Assembly: GCA_019429125.1 (NCBI GenBank)
Contig: JAHYJO010000021.1
Span: 1 to 16,321 of the forward strand
Direction: 5' to 3'
DNA length: 16,321 nucleotides
Source: Nanobdellati archaeon
GTDB lineage: Archaea > EX4484-52 > GLR71
Shown here: positions 15,488 to 16,321 of the stretch, piece by piece
How the letters are laid out: each line of letters starts with the position of its first letter
Numbering within the stretch: position 1 is the stretch's first letter
Made by a program: the position numbers and the translations under genes
The notes under the pieces: generated by a model
The model's input: only the letters and a program-made list of their open reading frames with translations
Databases searched by the model: none
Told to the model about the DNA's origin: nothing

Positions 15488-16090
15488 ATGAGTGATGATA
15501 TAAAACTTTTTGACCGATGGGAAACTGAAGGAGTCAAAGTTAATGATTTAGGTCTTGTTGGATATATTAATCTTAAACCAATCCTTGTACCACGTTCTGG
15601 CGGAAGGCACGCAAAGGCTCAGTTCTATAAGTCTAAGCTTCATATTGTTGAGCGACTTATAAACAGGCTTTTTGTTGCAGGTCACAAAGGACGAAAACAT
15701 AAATTTACATCTGGACAGAATGTTGGTAAGACTTTTATGGCTACAAAGCTTGTTGTTGATGCATTTGATATTGTTGAAAAGAAAACAAGTACTAATCCTG
15801 TTGAAGTTTTTGTTCGTGCAATTGAGAACTCCGCACCTATTGAAGAAGTAACTACTTTTAAACGTGGTGGTATGACTTCTCGAGAGGGTGTTGTGACATC
15901 TCCTCAGAGAAGAGTTGATCTTGCTTTGAGGCATATGACTCAGGGAACTTATGCAAGTTCTGTCAAGAACAAGAAGATTGCTTCTCAGTGTCTTGCTGAT
16001 GAAATACTTTTCGCATTCAATAATGATATGAAGAGTAAAGCTGTTAGTGAAAGACAGAGAAGAGAAAAAGAAGCTCAAGGTTCAAGATAA
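15488..16090 (+). CDS. rps7: 30S ribosomal protein S7 (uS7)
   Basis: 'KLFDRW', 'IVERLIN', 'NPVEVFVRAIENSAP.EE', 'SPQRRVDLALR', 'CLADE'. Confidence 0.97.
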   Translation: MSDDIKLFDRWETEGVKVNDLGLVGYINLKPILVPRSGGRHAKAQFYKSKLHIVERLINRLFVAGHKGRKHKFTSGQNVGKTFMATKLVVDAFDIVEKKTSTNPVEVFVRAIENSAPIEEVTTFKRGGMTSREGVVTSPQRRVDLALRHMTQGTYASSVKNKKIASQCLADEILFAFNNDMKSKAVSERQRREKEAQGSR

Positions 16091-16096
16091 GGTTTG

Positions 16097-16137
16097 TGTC
16101 TTTTATCTTTTTTCATTTCATTTTTTATTATTTTTAT
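16097..16137 (+). terminator. Oligo-T terminator region ending the rpo-rps operon
   Basis: Several T4-T7 runs directly after the rps7 stop codon. Confidence 0.55.
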
Positions 16138-16321
16138 TGTACTTGTTTAGCAAAAACATAAATTCTTTATCAGCATCTGCTTAAGTTCTGCTTTTATATC
16201 TCAAGTTTGGGACTTCCCGGAAAAGACCGCCGAATTTGGGCACTACAGCCAATTTCCTAGTTACGAATTAAATTTAAAGAAGGTGATTCAATCTTAAGTT
16301 TTTTGAAAATATCTTCAGTTT

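Noticed and set aside
7891-16078. Numerous minus-strand ORFs within the rpo/rps operon (also those within trpS, htpX and 4082-5515)
   Set aside because: Antisense shadows of well-supported conserved genes, with no motifs.
1-16321. CRISPR array or tandem repeats
   Set aside because: No regularly spaced repeats seen.

Overview
AT-rich archaeal core-genome window. Archaeal origin is shown by L40e, L30e, the split Rpo2/Rpo1 RNA polymerase, archaeal NusA/S12/S7 and BHB-type tRNA introns. A DPANN-like lineage is inferred from protein divergence and intron load. Left to right: a truncated HTH ORF (- strand), an AK6/Fap7-type kinase, an HtpX homolog lacking its HExxH zinc site, L40e, tRNA-Thr(GGT), a frameshifted HsdR C-terminal remnant, a 169-bp MITE with 8-bp target duplication, TrpRS, a secreted/membrane Ig-fold-like protein, tRNA-Tyr(GTA), a stand-alone 5S rRNA-tRNA-Asp-tRNA-Lys cluster, then rpoH-B''-B'-A'-A''-L30e-nusA-S12-S7 with no EF-2 following inside the window. 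The most notable signal is in the RNA genes: all four tRNAs are interrupted, with five introns in total. Three sit at non-canonical sites (one D-loop, two T-loop 59/60). One is a ~173-nt highly structured intron in tRNA-Lys carrying a K-turn/box C/D-like module, which may be a functional intron-encoded RNA.
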